A stretch of 51,909 bases of DNA, the filler included, from Barthelona sp. PAP020 (Eukaryota), in assembly GCA_040182905.1 (NCBI GenBank). It is 2 parts of 2 records of this genome, joined end to end, with 100 filler letters (N's around TTAATTAATTAA, not from the genome) between each part and the next. Parts side by side here need not be neighbours in the genome. Positions count along the whole stretch, not along the records: positions 26,035 to 51,909 come from JARQWU010000142.1; 1 more part is not named here. The stretch is one strand, 5' to 3'. Below are positions 29,475 to 40,381 of this stretch, in pieces. The notes below the pieces were generated by a model, which saw only the letters and a program-made list of their open reading frames with translations, searched no databases and was not told the DNA's origin. The stretch's first letter is position 1. Each line of letters begins with the position of its first letter. Both the position numbers and the translations under genes were made by a program.

Positions 29475-32438
29475 ATGAAAATAGGAATTATTGAATTATT
29501 ATTCACTTTCATATTTTTTTCAATTTTGAGTCAATGTGCAATACTATGTTCACCTGAATATTCGATTGAAACTCAAACAATTACAGTTGGTGATGAATCT
29601 TTTAATTGGTATCTTCATTTACAACTGGGTGAATATCGTTCCTTTGTTGAAACTGTTACTTTTAAGAATTCATATTTGGAGTTACCAGAAGTATCTTATT
29701 CAATTACAAATGTGGATTGTGAAAGTAGTGCACCAACAGTAAAGTTGACAATTATTCATTTATCGAGAGAAGATGTAACGTTTCAAATATCAACTTGGGG
29801 CAATGCTACTGTTAGAATGGTGACTTTTTCATTCATTGCTATTCGAACAGAATGTGCAAATGAAAATCAAGCTACCACTTTCAACACACGATGGTTATCA
29901 AAGCAAGGACCTGATAGTCCTTATTGGCAAATGGATGCTGTTAATTCTTGGCAAAATGAATACATATTGTCAAATCCTCTTGAAAATGGGAATGATGGAT
30001 TGTTTTCTTTGCATGGAATCACAGGATTTGATTTCACGAATGCAAAAAGATATGCAATAGATTCCAAAGTCATTGACTCTTCGACAGGATCATTGAAACT
30101 GGGTATTACAACCTATCAGAACAATCCAATCGAAGGGGCAAGCATTTCTGCTGTTGTGCTGAATCCTACGGGTTTGGACCGATTTCATTTCGATTATGAC
30201 GTTATAAAAATCAATTCATCTTTGCCTGCTTACAATCTGCACGCCACTGATGCAGGCATTCGAAGGTATACTTTTACAATTCCGTTTCGCAGTTCCTTTT
30301 TACATATTCCACATCTTCAGTTCAGTACGATCAGTTTTGATACTGCCAATACTCCTTTGAGGTATAGGATTGATATTGTTGACACAACTTTTGATGACGT
30401 AACTTTAACTGTTTCTGCTTATGATGGGTGTCAGTTACTATCATTAGCGCTCGACTTTTTTGCTTTTGACACCATACATTCAGGATGGAGCGATGAAGAT
30501 TGGTATATTTTGATTGGTTTTTTTGTGATGTTATTATTTGCTATTATGTGGGAAATTGCTTCTTGTTGTTCTCGGTCTGATGTTGGGAATGAAAAACCAA
30601 TCATTGTGCCAAATGTCGCACCTGTTGAGGATGAATTTGAGAGTATCTGTCAATCAGAACAGGACAAAATAAATTTTGAGACTCAGGGACAGATTGCATG
30701 TATTCCTCTGAGTAAAATTGTTCCAACTAGTGAATCAGAAGTTGTTAATGCAAAGCAACAAGTAGAAGAACTTCAAGAGTTGTTGAGAAAGCGTAATGAG
30801 CAAGAATTATTGAGAAAAGGTATTAGTCGAACTAAATTTGAGGAATATTCTTTGACTATTCTTAGCATCCTTTTTACTCTTGCTATCTTTATTGTTTTTA
30901 TGAGGTTTGTGATGGAATATAAGTTATTGCATCGTTTGGATGGCATTTTTCTTTCATTGATGATTATTGGTCTGGAATACGTTTTATTGATTGTTGCGGT
31001 TATATTTCAAGACATTCCAACAAACACTGTGTTGCCAAGAAGACACGATGATGTGGCTATATTGATTGCCTCCCATAATTCTGCCAATGCACCTCCAAGA
31101 AAAGATAACGTTGGGTTTTTCAATAAGGGTATTACTGACCAAGAACTGAAGAATATTGCAGATGAAAAAGAATCTGGATTTCTTTTTACCTTGAAGAATT
31201 GTGCTTTACAAGTTCCTGACGGTCATGTTTATGTGTGTCATAATGGTCCTTGGAAATCACCACCGGAAGGAGATAGAACATTGAGTTCCTGTGAAAAAGT
31301 GAAGAAATGGGGGCGAAAAGTACAATATGTTTATGTACCTGTTGGTTCCAAGACTCTAGCATTGCTTTGGACTGCTAAATATTTTTTACCCAAGAAAATT
31401 AAATATGTAGTCATAATGGATGATGATATCATCTTGCCTTCAGATATATCTTTTCAAACTGATGTTTTAGCGCAATCTATGTATGCTGGTGCAGCTATGA
31501 CGATTCGTACTGCACCAAATAAAACCACTTTAGGTCCTTCTGGTCGTTCACCACTTGTTTGGTATCAAGATTTAGAATACTCTCTTGCTGGGTTTGCAAA
31601 AGCTTTCCAAAGAACGACTGGTACTGCTGCTTGTCCTCATGGAGCAATTTCAATTTGGAAAAAGAACTATCTCGCCGATGTGTTAGAACGGCATAATTCT
31701 GTGTTTAATGGGGAAGATATGCAAATGGGTTTCATCCTACGTGAAATGTATCCTCAACTTGGATGGCAGCCAGTATTACATTGTCTTTCTGCTACTCCAG
31801 TTTTAACACAGGTTCCAGAAGATCTTTTTATAGCTAAACAAGATTTATTGTTTCAACCAGCATATGGAGAGAAATCATTGTTTGCACAGCGTGTTAAGTC
31901 TTGGGATGTCACTGCTCATCGATTCTTCTTCAAGTTGGCGAAGCATTTCCTATTGTTTTGGAATTCAAAGACCATTGTATTGAGACTTTATTATCTCCAT
32001 GAGATGCTCACGATCATTCAAGACTTTTTGAGAATTCTTATCGTTGTCTACTACATCTCGTTGAATGAAGCATCTACATTGTGTATTTTGGGATTTAGGA
32101 TTATTGAATTTCAGATTATTCTGTTTATTGTGTTCAATTACATTAAGTTGAGAAATCGAAAAGATTTGAGAACTCCTTTATGGGTTATTCTCACGTTTCC
32201 CATCTACCGATTGCTCTTGTTGGTTTTTAGAAATTTTGCGATGATTTATAACTTGTTCTACTATTTGCCAAAGAAAGCAAATTTTGATGTTTTGCTGAAT
32301 GATCCGGATCGTTTACCTGTTTTCCACCCAATTATGACCAAGATTGCACAGAATCCAAAGAATTGGAATATTATGTGGAAGTCTGAGGTAATTACTGATT
32401 GTTTGGATGAAAATGGCCAGCTTAAATCAATCAAATAA
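29475..32438 (+). CDS. Membrane GT2 processive glycosyltransferase (chitin/hyaluronan-synthase-like) with signal peptide and three N-terminal H-type-lectin-like domains
   Basis: Signal peptide; three ~100-aa repeats (VTF..Y..PEV..SIT..D...TFQISTWGN..V.FSFIA; IPF..SF..IP..D..LRY.I..VTLTVSAY..L.FFA); TM helices; GSKTLAL, MDDD, HGAISIW, GED, QRVKSWD; C-terminal TMs. Confidence 0.8.
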   Translation: MKIGIIELLFTFIFFSILSQCAILCSPEYSIETQTITVGDESFNWYLHLQLGEYRSFVETVTFKNSYLELPEVSYSITNVDCESSAPTVKLTIIHLSREDVTFQISTWGNATVRMVTFSFIAIRTECANENQATTFNTRWLSKQGPDSPYWQMDAVNSWQNEYILSNPLENGNDGLFSLHGITGFDFTNAKRYAIDSKVIDSSTGSLKLGITTYQNNPIEGASISAVVLNPTGLDRFHFDYDVIKINSSLPAYNLHATDAGIRRYTFTIPFRSSFLHIPHLQFSTISFDTANTPLRYRIDIVDTTFDDVTLTVSAYDGCQLLSLALDFFAFDTIHSGWSDEDWYILIGFFVMLLFAIMWEIASCCSRSDVGNEKPIIVPNVAPVEDEFESICQSEQDKINFETQGQIACIPLSKIVPTSESEVVNAKQQVEELQELLRKRNEQELLRKGISRTKFEEYSLTILSILFTLAIFIVFMRFVMEYKLLHRLDGIFLSLMIIGLEYVLLIVAVIFQDIPTNTVLPRRHDDVAILIASHNSANAPPRKDNVGFFNKGITDQELKNIADEKESGFLFTLKNCALQVPDGHVYVCHNGPWKSPPEGDRTLSSCEKVKKWGRKVQYVYVPVGSKTLALLWTAKYFLPKKIKYVVIMDDDIILPSDISFQTDVLAQSMYAGAAMTIRTAPNKTTLGPSGRSPLVWYQDLEYSLAGFAKAFQRTTGTAACPHGAISIWKKNYLADVLERHNSVFNGEDMQMGFILREMYPQLGWQPVLHCLSATPVLTQVPEDLFIAKQDLLFQPAYGEKSLFAQRVKSWDVTAHRFFFKLAKHFLLFWNSKTIVLRLYYLHEMLTIIQDFLRILIVVYYISLNEASTLCILGFRIIEFQIILFIVFNYIKLRNRKDLRTPLWVILTFPIYRLLLLVFRNFAMIYNLFYYLPKKANFDVLLNDPDRLPVFHPIMTKIAQNPKNWNIMWKSEVITDCLDENGQLKSIK

Positions 32439-33649
32439 CTATCAGTAAGCATAAATGTTGACAATTGCTTGTATGTATTGAACAATTCAATTTGTATACA
32501 GTTTTTACATACATTTTTAGTTGTCATTTGTTTCAATAAATATGATTTGTTAGTTTTTATTTTTTTGTTTTTCCTGTGCCAAGTTAAAAAAAAAAGGCAA
32601 TGCTACATATTGATTTAAACACAACAAAAAAATTAATTCGGTTCTTTTGCACTGAGAGTGTGTTCCTTTCATTTTCAAAATTCCCACATTTTATTGCTTT
32701 TAAGGTTGCTTATCTGGAGCATTCTTTCCTACTTTCACATATTTGATGTTATGAAAGAACCGAAAATAGCAGATACTCTTTGTGATGGAATGAAACAAAG
32801 AAGGCTCAATTCATAAAAATAAACAGCATGCTGAATTTACATTTCTTTGTTTCAAATATGGAAACCCTCTTTTTATTAATCAGAGGCTCTGAAACAAAAA
32901 GATTGACTTTGTACTTCAGACCAAAAAGGGTGTTATAGTCAAAACTCTGAGCATTTGATTACGAAAAAATATAACACTAAAAACCATCAAAGAACAAACC
33001 TTCGTTGATCAAAAATGAATCATCTAAATCGCTTAGGTAATGATGAAAAGAATTACCTTCAAAAAAACCTGTAACTACGATCATATGATTTCTAGACTAC
33101 AAAGTGAGTTTCTGAACTTCACCATTCATGCATTTATTTCTCAATTTTAACATAAAATTAAGCTAACAGCGTTTATGATGAAAAATAAAGTTGAAATATC
33201 TTCTTCAAACAGAGAACTACAAACATATTGCTAATATACAATGAAACGGCTACCAAATCCTACTTTCGCATGTCTATATTGTTGTCGGAATTTCTAAATA
33301 TAGGTAAATAAAGCATATTATCGTTAATCATGCATTTCCACAACTTGAATAAGCTAATTCACACAATCAGCAAATTGGAAAACCCAATTGAACCAACAAT
33401 CACAAAACATTCTTCAATTTGAACATAGAATTTCAATTATTGTGGAACTTCGTTTATTCACAATACAAAAAACTGATAAAAAAGGGAATATTCCATTAAA
33501 TCAATTGACATATAAACATTTTATGAACCTTCTCTCTTGTAAATTGGTTTGTAGATGAATATTTGTGTTTTTTAAGAGAAAAATTTCTGCAAATTTGTTC
33601 TTCGATGTGATACCAGTAGTTTTTATTCTTTCTTTTATAATAGTTAATA

Positions 33650-34844
33650 ATGTCTGCTGATTTAATAGATGAATTGATGGGGAAAATGATTCATGACATC
33701 CTTCCTCACAAAATTGATAAAACCAGTCTAAGAATAATTGAGGGCGTGCTTTCTGGTAGTTTTTGGATTGTAAATATTCACCAGATGGTAAAAGTTTGGT
33801 TGTTGTTGGCGAAACACAGGCTCATGTAATTGATGCAGAAACTGGAAGGCTAAACCGTACTTTGGAAGATCGTTTACTTCGTGTATCTGCTGTTGCTTTT
33901 TCACCTGATGGTCAAAAGTTGGCAACATGTTCTTTTGATTATTCTGTTATCATTTATAATCTTCAAGATTTCTCCATTTTGAGAAGAATGAATTACAATA
34001 CCTTTGTTTTTGGCATTTGCTTTTCACAGCGTTCGAATTACATATATTATGGGGATGGAGATGGAGTTCTTAAGAAGTGGGATGTAAATAATGGCAATAT
34101 TGTATTTGATGAACATATTAATTCTCGACATATATGGAGAGTCAAACTTTCAATAGATGGTAAGTGTCTTTTCACTTGTAGTTTGGATAAAACTGTCAAA
34201 TTGCTTGACCCTTCTAATTTTGTTGTTGCTTAAACATTCATTCATGACAGCATTGTCAGGTCTATTTATTTTCATCCAACAAAAAGAATTGTCATGTGGA
34301 GATGAATCAAAGAAGGCTAAGCTCTGGGACATAGACGACGGAACATGTATTTACACCTTTAACATGAGCGAGCAAGTGGGCTCTTCATTCCTTTACATCC
34401 CGATTCCTGTTTATTATGTCTGGAGATAGGTATATTACCTCATGCAATGTGGATAGTTTTGAGAAGATTCAAAAGGTACATTGCGGTTGTACTGTCAAGC
34501 ACTTCTCATTTTGTGTATCTCCTGATGAGACAAAGTGAGTTTGTGGAGGTATGAGGATAAACTTAGACTGTATTCAATCATTCGGTTTTGTAATTCTACA
34601 CATCAGTCCAAACTCATTAAATTATCGAAGAACGGTGGCTACGTGTTGTCGAATCTTATTTCTATGAATATGAGCACTTTAATCATTAGAAAATTAATAG
34701 TTTCTGGTATTTGTATAAATACAGGGGAGTATGAGATGATTGTGAACACTTTGGGATTTAGCCAATGTTAACCAGACTCATGGCAATAATATGCACACAT
34801 TTATCAGTGGAACTAGTGATGAAAGTGATGAGGATGACGAGTGA
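33650..34844 (+). pseudogene. WD40 family pseudogene with several lesions
   Basis: ATG 33650, frameshift near 33760, in-frame TAA 34231-34233, further frameshifts; retains FSPDGQKLATCSFD, HIWRVKLS.DGK, HQSKLIKLSKNGGYVLSNLISMN and the acidic tail. Confidence 0.85.
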
Positions 34845-35146
34845 ATTGGCAATTTTAAAGAATTATTTTTACGACAGGCTGTAATCTCTGAAATGACAAA
34901 TGATGCATTTTTGGACTTTCTGTTTTTGCAACTCAATTTTCTATGAATATTTAATATCAAACGGTTCTTTTTAAAGTGGTGTAAATTGCTATTTGTTTAT
35001 TTTTGTTTCACCATAAAAAGATCTTTCTTATGAAAACGAATTGTTTTCAATATAAAAAATTCTCACAAATCATTGTGATAAACCGATTTTAGATATTTTT
35101 AGAAGTCCAAGGTAAAATGTGAATGATTTATTTATTTTTTTAATTT

Positions 35147-38100
35147 ATGAGTTCAACAGACAATAGTGGAAAAAAATCATCTAAAAGGTTGCAGATTACG
35201 TACCCTGTAGTTGAGTATACAGAAGAAATCACTCCTGGTGAAAAAAAATCGATAGATGTTGAAGCACCATCTACTTTTTCACCGAAATTCGTTGAAGCTG
35301 GTTGGTATCAATGGTGGGAATCTCAAGGGTTCTTTAAACCAAGACCAGCAGATGAGAAATTCGTGATGATGTTACCACCACCCAATGTTACTGGTTCTTT
35401 ACATTTAGGACATGCTTTAACCGTTTCTGTTCAGGATATATTTGCTCGTTATTATCGTATGAGAGGATTTGAAACTTTGTATTTGCCTGGTTGTGATCAT
35501 GCTGGTATTGCAACACAAAATGTGGTTGAAAAACGTTTAGCCAATGATCCAGTTAATCCTACAACTCGTCGTGAGTTAGGACGTGAAGAATTTACAAAAA
35601 AAGTTTTTGAATGGAAAGATGAATATGAAGCTAAAATTTGTAATCAACTTAGACGCATGGGAGGATCTTTAGATTGGAGTCGTCAAGTTTTTACAATGGA
35701 TGAAGAAAGGTCAAATGCTGTTGTTGAGGCTTTTTATCAATTTAGTGAGGCTGGATTAATGAAAAGAGATGTTCGATTGGTGAATTGGGATTGTACTTTG
35801 AGAACTGCAATTTCAAATGTTGAAGTTGAAAAAGTTGAAGTGAAGAAAAAAACTTTCTTCAATGTTCCAAATCATCCCAAGACTGAAAAGTATATATTTG
35901 GTGTGTTAGAATATTTTTATTACCCAATCAAAGATTCTGATGAAAAGTTGTTGATAGCTACCACACGTTTAGAAACAATGATGGCTGATACAGCAGTTGC
36001 TGTCAATCCTAAGGATCCAAGATATACTCATTTACATAAGGATGAAAAAGGAAACAATATTCAATCTTATGTTATTCACCCTTTCCATAAAACTGAAATT
36101 CCTATCATCACTGATGCTGATGCTGTTGATATTGAATTTGGTACTGGTGCAGTTAAAATTACTCCAGGTCATGACGAAAATGATTTCAGAACTGGTGTTA
36201 AGCATAAATTAGAATTTATCAACATGTTTAACGATGATGGTACTTTGAATAATGTAGGTGCTGAATACGAAGGCATGCCTAGATATGTTGCAAGAAATAG
36301 AATCAGAGAAAAATTACAAGAAATGGATTTATATGATCGTATGGAAGATAATGAGATGGTTATTGGATTTTGTGACCGTTCAAAAGATATTATGGAACCA
36401 ATTATGAAACCTCAGTGGTTTGTTGATATGAAAACACTGGCCAAAAGATCAGTTGAGGCAGTTGAGCAAGGAGAAATCGAAATTTCTCCTGCCAATTTTA
36501 CCAACAGATGGTACCAATGGTTGACTGACATTCAAGACTGGTGTGTTTCTCGTCAATTATGGTGGGGGCATCAAATTCCTGCTTGGTATGTCTATTTTGT
36601 TGATGAAGATGGAAATTGCGTGTCTGAAGATGTTTTGGGTGATGTTGATCGTGAAGATAAAGAAAAATGGATTGTTGCTCATAACGAAGAAGAAGCTTTA
36701 GAATTAGCCAAATTGAAATATCCAAATAAGTTGATTAAATTAGAGAGAGATGAAGATGTTCTTGATACATGGTGGTCTTCGGGTTTATTCCCTTTCGCTA
36801 CATTAGGATGGCCAAATAAAACTGAGGATATGGATCTGTACTTCCCAAATACTATTCTTGAAACTGGTACTGATATTTTGTTTTTCTGGGTTGCTCGTAT
36901 GGTTATGATGTCATTACAATTAACTGGAAAAGTTCCTTTCAAGAAAATATGGTTGCATACTTTAGTTAGAGATGCTCATGGTCGTAAAATGTCCAAATCC
37001 CTCGGTAATGTCATTGATCCTTTGGATGTTATCAATGGTATTTCTTTGGAAGCTTTACAACAAAGTTTAGTCGGTGGTAATCTTGATGAAAGAGAAATTA
37101 AGAAAGCTCAAAACGGTCAAGCGAAAGATTTTCCTGTTGGTATTCCTGAATGTGGTACAGATGGTTTGCGTATGGGTTTGGTCTTCTATACTGGACGTGA
37201 AACTGATGTTAATTTGGATGTGAACAAGGTGGTTTGTTATCGTAATTTTTGTAACAAGTTATGGAATGCTTCCATTAACTTTGCTTTCCCATATTTCACA
37301 CCTGAATTATTTGAAGAGCCAATGATTCCTATTGAAGAAATGCCCAGTGTTCATCAATGGATTTTCTCAAGATTAAGACATTGTTTGCAAATTGTTGATG
37401 AGAGTATCAACAATTTCCAATTGAGTTTAGCAACCGAATCCATTGTGAAATTCTTTGAAAATGAATTCTGCAATACCTATTTAGAAATTTCCAAAATTTT
37501 CTTAAGATCGGAGGATAAACTCTTGGCAAAACTTACTGCCAGAGTTCTTTACGAAATTATAGAAATTTCTTTGCGAATGATGCATCCTATTGTTCCTTTC
37601 GTTTCCGAAGAAATATGGCAACGTATGAGACGTGTTGCTGGTACTGTTGATGATATTCCTTCTATTATGTTAGCCAGTTATCCAAGAGTTGAAGATTATC
37701 AAATGGATGAAGAATTAGAAAAAAGATTATTAGATGATATGAATTTGACATTGGATATTATTGGTGGTTTTAGATCAATTAGAGGTCAATATTCTGTTGC
37801 TCCTCAAAAGAAGTTAAGAAGTTGGTTAACTGGGAAAACTTCCATTGTTGAACTTGATCAATACATGATTGATCTAATTGCCACTCAATGCTCATTATCT
37901 GATATTCACTTTGTGTTAAGTAGTGATCAATCCATTCCTAAAATTTGTGGTATGCAAACAATCACTGGTGAAATTACTGTTTGCATTGATTTGTCAGACT
38001 CTATGGATGTTGGCAAAGAAATAGTAAAGATAGAGAAAGATATGATGAAGATAACTGTAAAGAGAGATAAAATCCTTGCAAAAATGGCCAAACCTCAGTA

Positions 38101-38215
38101 TGATGCCAAAGTGCCAGAAATTGTCAAAGCAAAAAATGTTCAGGAATTGGAAGATTTTGAATCTCAAATTGCAACAATGATTCAAAAGTTGGAGGAATTA
38201 AAGATCTTCGTTTAA
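35147..38215 (+). CDS. VARS: Valyl-tRNA synthetase
   Basis: PPPNVTGSLHLGH, GCDHAGIATQ, DWCVSRQLWWGH, KMSKS, C-terminal coiled coil. Confidence 0.98.
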   Translation: MSSTDNSGKKSSKRLQITYPVVEYTEEITPGEKKSIDVEAPSTFSPKFVEAGWYQWWESQGFFKPRPADEKFVMMLPPPNVTGSLHLGHALTVSVQDIFARYYRMRGFETLYLPGCDHAGIATQNVVEKRLANDPVNPTTRRELGREEFTKKVFEWKDEYEAKICNQLRRMGGSLDWSRQVFTMDEERSNAVVEAFYQFSEAGLMKRDVRLVNWDCTLRTAISNVEVEKVEVKKKTFFNVPNHPKTEKYIFGVLEYFYYPIKDSDEKLLIATTRLETMMADTAVAVNPKDPRYTHLHKDEKGNNIQSYVIHPFHKTEIPIITDADAVDIEFGTGAVKITPGHDENDFRTGVKHKLEFINMFNDDGTLNNVGAEYEGMPRYVARNRIREKLQEMDLYDRMEDNEMVIGFCDRSKDIMEPIMKPQWFVDMKTLAKRSVEAVEQGEIEISPANFTNRWYQWLTDIQDWCVSRQLWWGHQIPAWYVYFVDEDGNCVSEDVLGDVDREDKEKWIVAHNEEEALELAKLKYPNKLIKLERDEDVLDTWWSSGLFPFATLGWPNKTEDMDLYFPNTILETGTDILFFWVARMVMMSLQLTGKVPFKKIWLHTLVRDAHGRKMSKSLGNVIDPLDVINGISLEALQQSLVGGNLDEREIKKAQNGQAKDFPVGIPECGTDGLRMGLVFYTGRETDVNLDVNKVVCYRNFCNKLWNASINFAFPYFTPELFEEPMIPIEEMPSVHQWIFSRLRHCLQIVDESINNFQLSLATESIVKFFENEFCNTYLEISKIFLRSEDKLLAKLTARVLYEIIEISLRMMHPIVPFVSEEIWQRMRRVAGTVDDIPSIMLASYPRVEDYQMDEELEKRLLDDMNLTLDIIGGFRSIRGQYSVAPQKKLRSWLTGKTSIVELDQYMIDLIATQCSLSDIHFVLSSDQSIPKICGMQTITGEITVCIDLSDSMDVGKEIVKIEKDMMKITVKRDKILAKMAKPQYDAKVPEIVKAKNVQELEDFESQIATMIQKLEELKIFV

Positions 38216-38546
38216 TTGTGAGTATTTAGCGTTGAAACTTGAAAGATTCTTCTTTTTTGAATGAGTAGAGGTTATTAATCAAGTGATAAACATTCTTTTT
38301 TTTTTTTATACTGTGCATGTTGAATGCCGATCAATAAGTTTCTCGATGATAAAAAAACATTTGAATTTTTTCGTTTGCTGTAAATTTGGAAAACTCAATG
38401 GTTAAAAAATGTGGTTCAAACAAGTAAAGTGAAAGCAAACGACAAAAAAAATGTCTCCAGGAATCTTTTCTCTTGCGGAGAATGTGGGGATTCCATTTAT
38501 AATTTCCCATTTTTTTTTACTTTCCCAGTTATAATTTTTATCAAAA

Positions 38547-39404
38547 ATGCATGGAAACCTTGGTTTTTTAACCGGTAGTTGGTCAAAAAAATTCGTTCAA
38601 CGTGAAGTGTTTGTCGGAAATGGAATGATTTCTATTAGTGCCGAAAATCCAAATGAACCACCAGAAGTGAACGCTTCTATTAACGGTTGCAAAGTTGATT
38701 ATCCAGATTCAAATGATAATACCATTTTTAGAATTATTAACAGTGAGTTAAGAGAAGTGTGTCGTTTGAAAGCCAGTTGTGTGGAAGAAAAAAATATGTG
38801 GGTCCAAGATGTTGAATCACAATCCAGGGGACAACATATGCAGCAAATGAATCAAGCTCCTATGGCTACAAGTAAAGATGTTGAAGATCATACTTCATCT
38901 ATGGCTTATACAAATGTTCAAATTGAACCTGAATATCAGGAACAACAATACCAATATCAAGAACAACCTCAATATCAACAATCTCAATATCAACAACCTC
39001 AATATCAACAACAACAATATCAACAACAACAATATCAACAACAACCACAATATCAGCAACAACAACAGCAATATCAAGAATATCAACCATCATACTTAAC
39101 TTCCAATGGAAGTTCACAACCAAAATTTTCTGATATGAGACCTTTGGGAATGGGTATGAATGCACCTCAAACAGCAATGAATATGGGTGGAATGAACACA
39201 AATATGGCACCAATTCCCACAATGGGAATGGCTCCAAGTATGGGAATGGGAATGTCTGCTCCTGGTATGCAAATGGGTATGAATATGAATATGCAACCCC
39301 AAATGCAAATGCAAATGGGTTATAACAATCCATCTAATCAAAATATGGGGTTTCCTAATCAATATAATCAATACAATCAATATGGTAATCCCAATTATTA
39401 TTAA
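38547..39404 (+). CDS. PH-domain protein with Q/Y-rich and M/G-rich low-complexity tail
   Basis: MHGNLGFLTGSWSKKFVQRE...LKASCVEEKNMWV PH signature, then QYQQ repeats and MGM repeats. Confidence 0.8.
   Translation: MHGNLGFLTGSWSKKFVQREVFVGNGMISISAENPNEPPEVNASINGCKVDYPDSNDNTIFRIINSELREVCRLKASCVEEKNMWVQDVESQSRGQHMQQMNQAPMATSKDVEDHTSSMAYTNVQIEPEYQEQQYQYQEQPQYQQSQYQQPQYQQQQYQQQQYQQQPQYQQQQQQYQEYQPSYLTSNGSSQPKFSDMRPLGMGMNAPQTAMNMGGMNTNMAPIPTMGMAPSMGMGMSAPGMQMGMNMNMQPQMQMQMGYNNPSNQNMGFPNQYNQYNQYGNPNYY
38930..39090 (+). repeat. Coding CAATATCAACAA-type low-complexity repeat (QYQQ)
   Basis: Repeated CAATATCAA(CAA)n units. Confidence 0.85.
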
Positions 39405-40381
39405 TTTATCAAACGATGGGATAATAAACGGGCTTGAAATAAAACAAAACAATGTAAATACCTGATCTTTTTATATTTTTTCAAACATTTTATCCAAAGT
39501 GAAAATAAATTTTCTTTTCTGAAAGAAACAATGTCCAATCATAAAACTGATATGGAAAGTGCCGATCAGTTAGATTCTCCACATCATGATAAGTTTGCAT
39601 ATCTTTTGCCCTTCGCTGTCACTGAAACTTCATTTAAAATGATTTCAAAGACTTCAAATAGCTTTAGAATTGATCGATTTAATTCTGGTAATATGAAATC
39701 ATCTTGATAATATGTTTTTTTTTTTGGTTTATGCTTGTTGTATCAATTGGATTTTTTTTCCCTTTTTTTTTTTTTTAAATGAAATTTCCCTGTTTTTCAT
39801 GATATGAAAAAAAAAATATATTCATCTTATATTCATTGGATTTTTTTCAAAAACATGAAAGAATATGGTGCTATGTGGAGTATATTTGTCACCTTTATTC
39901 TTTTACTGCAAATATATTTGAACACAATTTTGCGCAAACATTTATTCAATTTGTATCAATTCCCTTTGAAATGTAAATTTTTTTTTCTTTTTTTGAAATA
40001 ATGATTGTGAAATAGATTGATTGGTTGAATTGTTACCATGATCTATAAAAGATAAAGTGTTTTCGAACTTTTGAAACGAAAAATTCACAAAAAGAAAATG
40101 ACAAAAAATGTGCCAAAAAACAACCTGCAAACTTCGGAAATTTACAATATATTCACCTCAAACCAATATTTTGGTCAATATATTTGTTGATATTTATTAA
40201 AAAATGATTTTGCATTCTCATCAGTTTTTTTGTTAAATATATGTGTATGGCAAGACATTTTTGGAATAAAGAAAAGTTTTTTTAAAAGAGTGCTTGAATG
40301 GAAAAAAAAATCTCCTAAGGCTGTATTGAGAAAGATTTGTTTTTGCATTTTTTTGTAGATTTTTTTTTTTTGACGATTTTC

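Noticed and set aside
32560..33640. 1.1-kb ORF-free stretch between the GT2 gene and the WD40 pseudogene
   Set aside because: No repeat, RNA structure or recognisable homology found by eye
128..34233. Possible stop-codon reassignment (TAG at 128 and 16717, in-frame TAA at 34231)
   Set aside because: Conserved genes end cleanly in TAA (ValRS, Ran), TAG (Snf7, NEK) and TGA (VPS26) with no internal stops; the WD40 copies with odd stops are also frameshifted, and TAG 128 is consistent with a normal stop
38878..39452. Alternative-frame ORFs rich in N/I, L or V/D
   Set aside because: Shadows of the QYQQ and MGM repeats of the PH-domain gene
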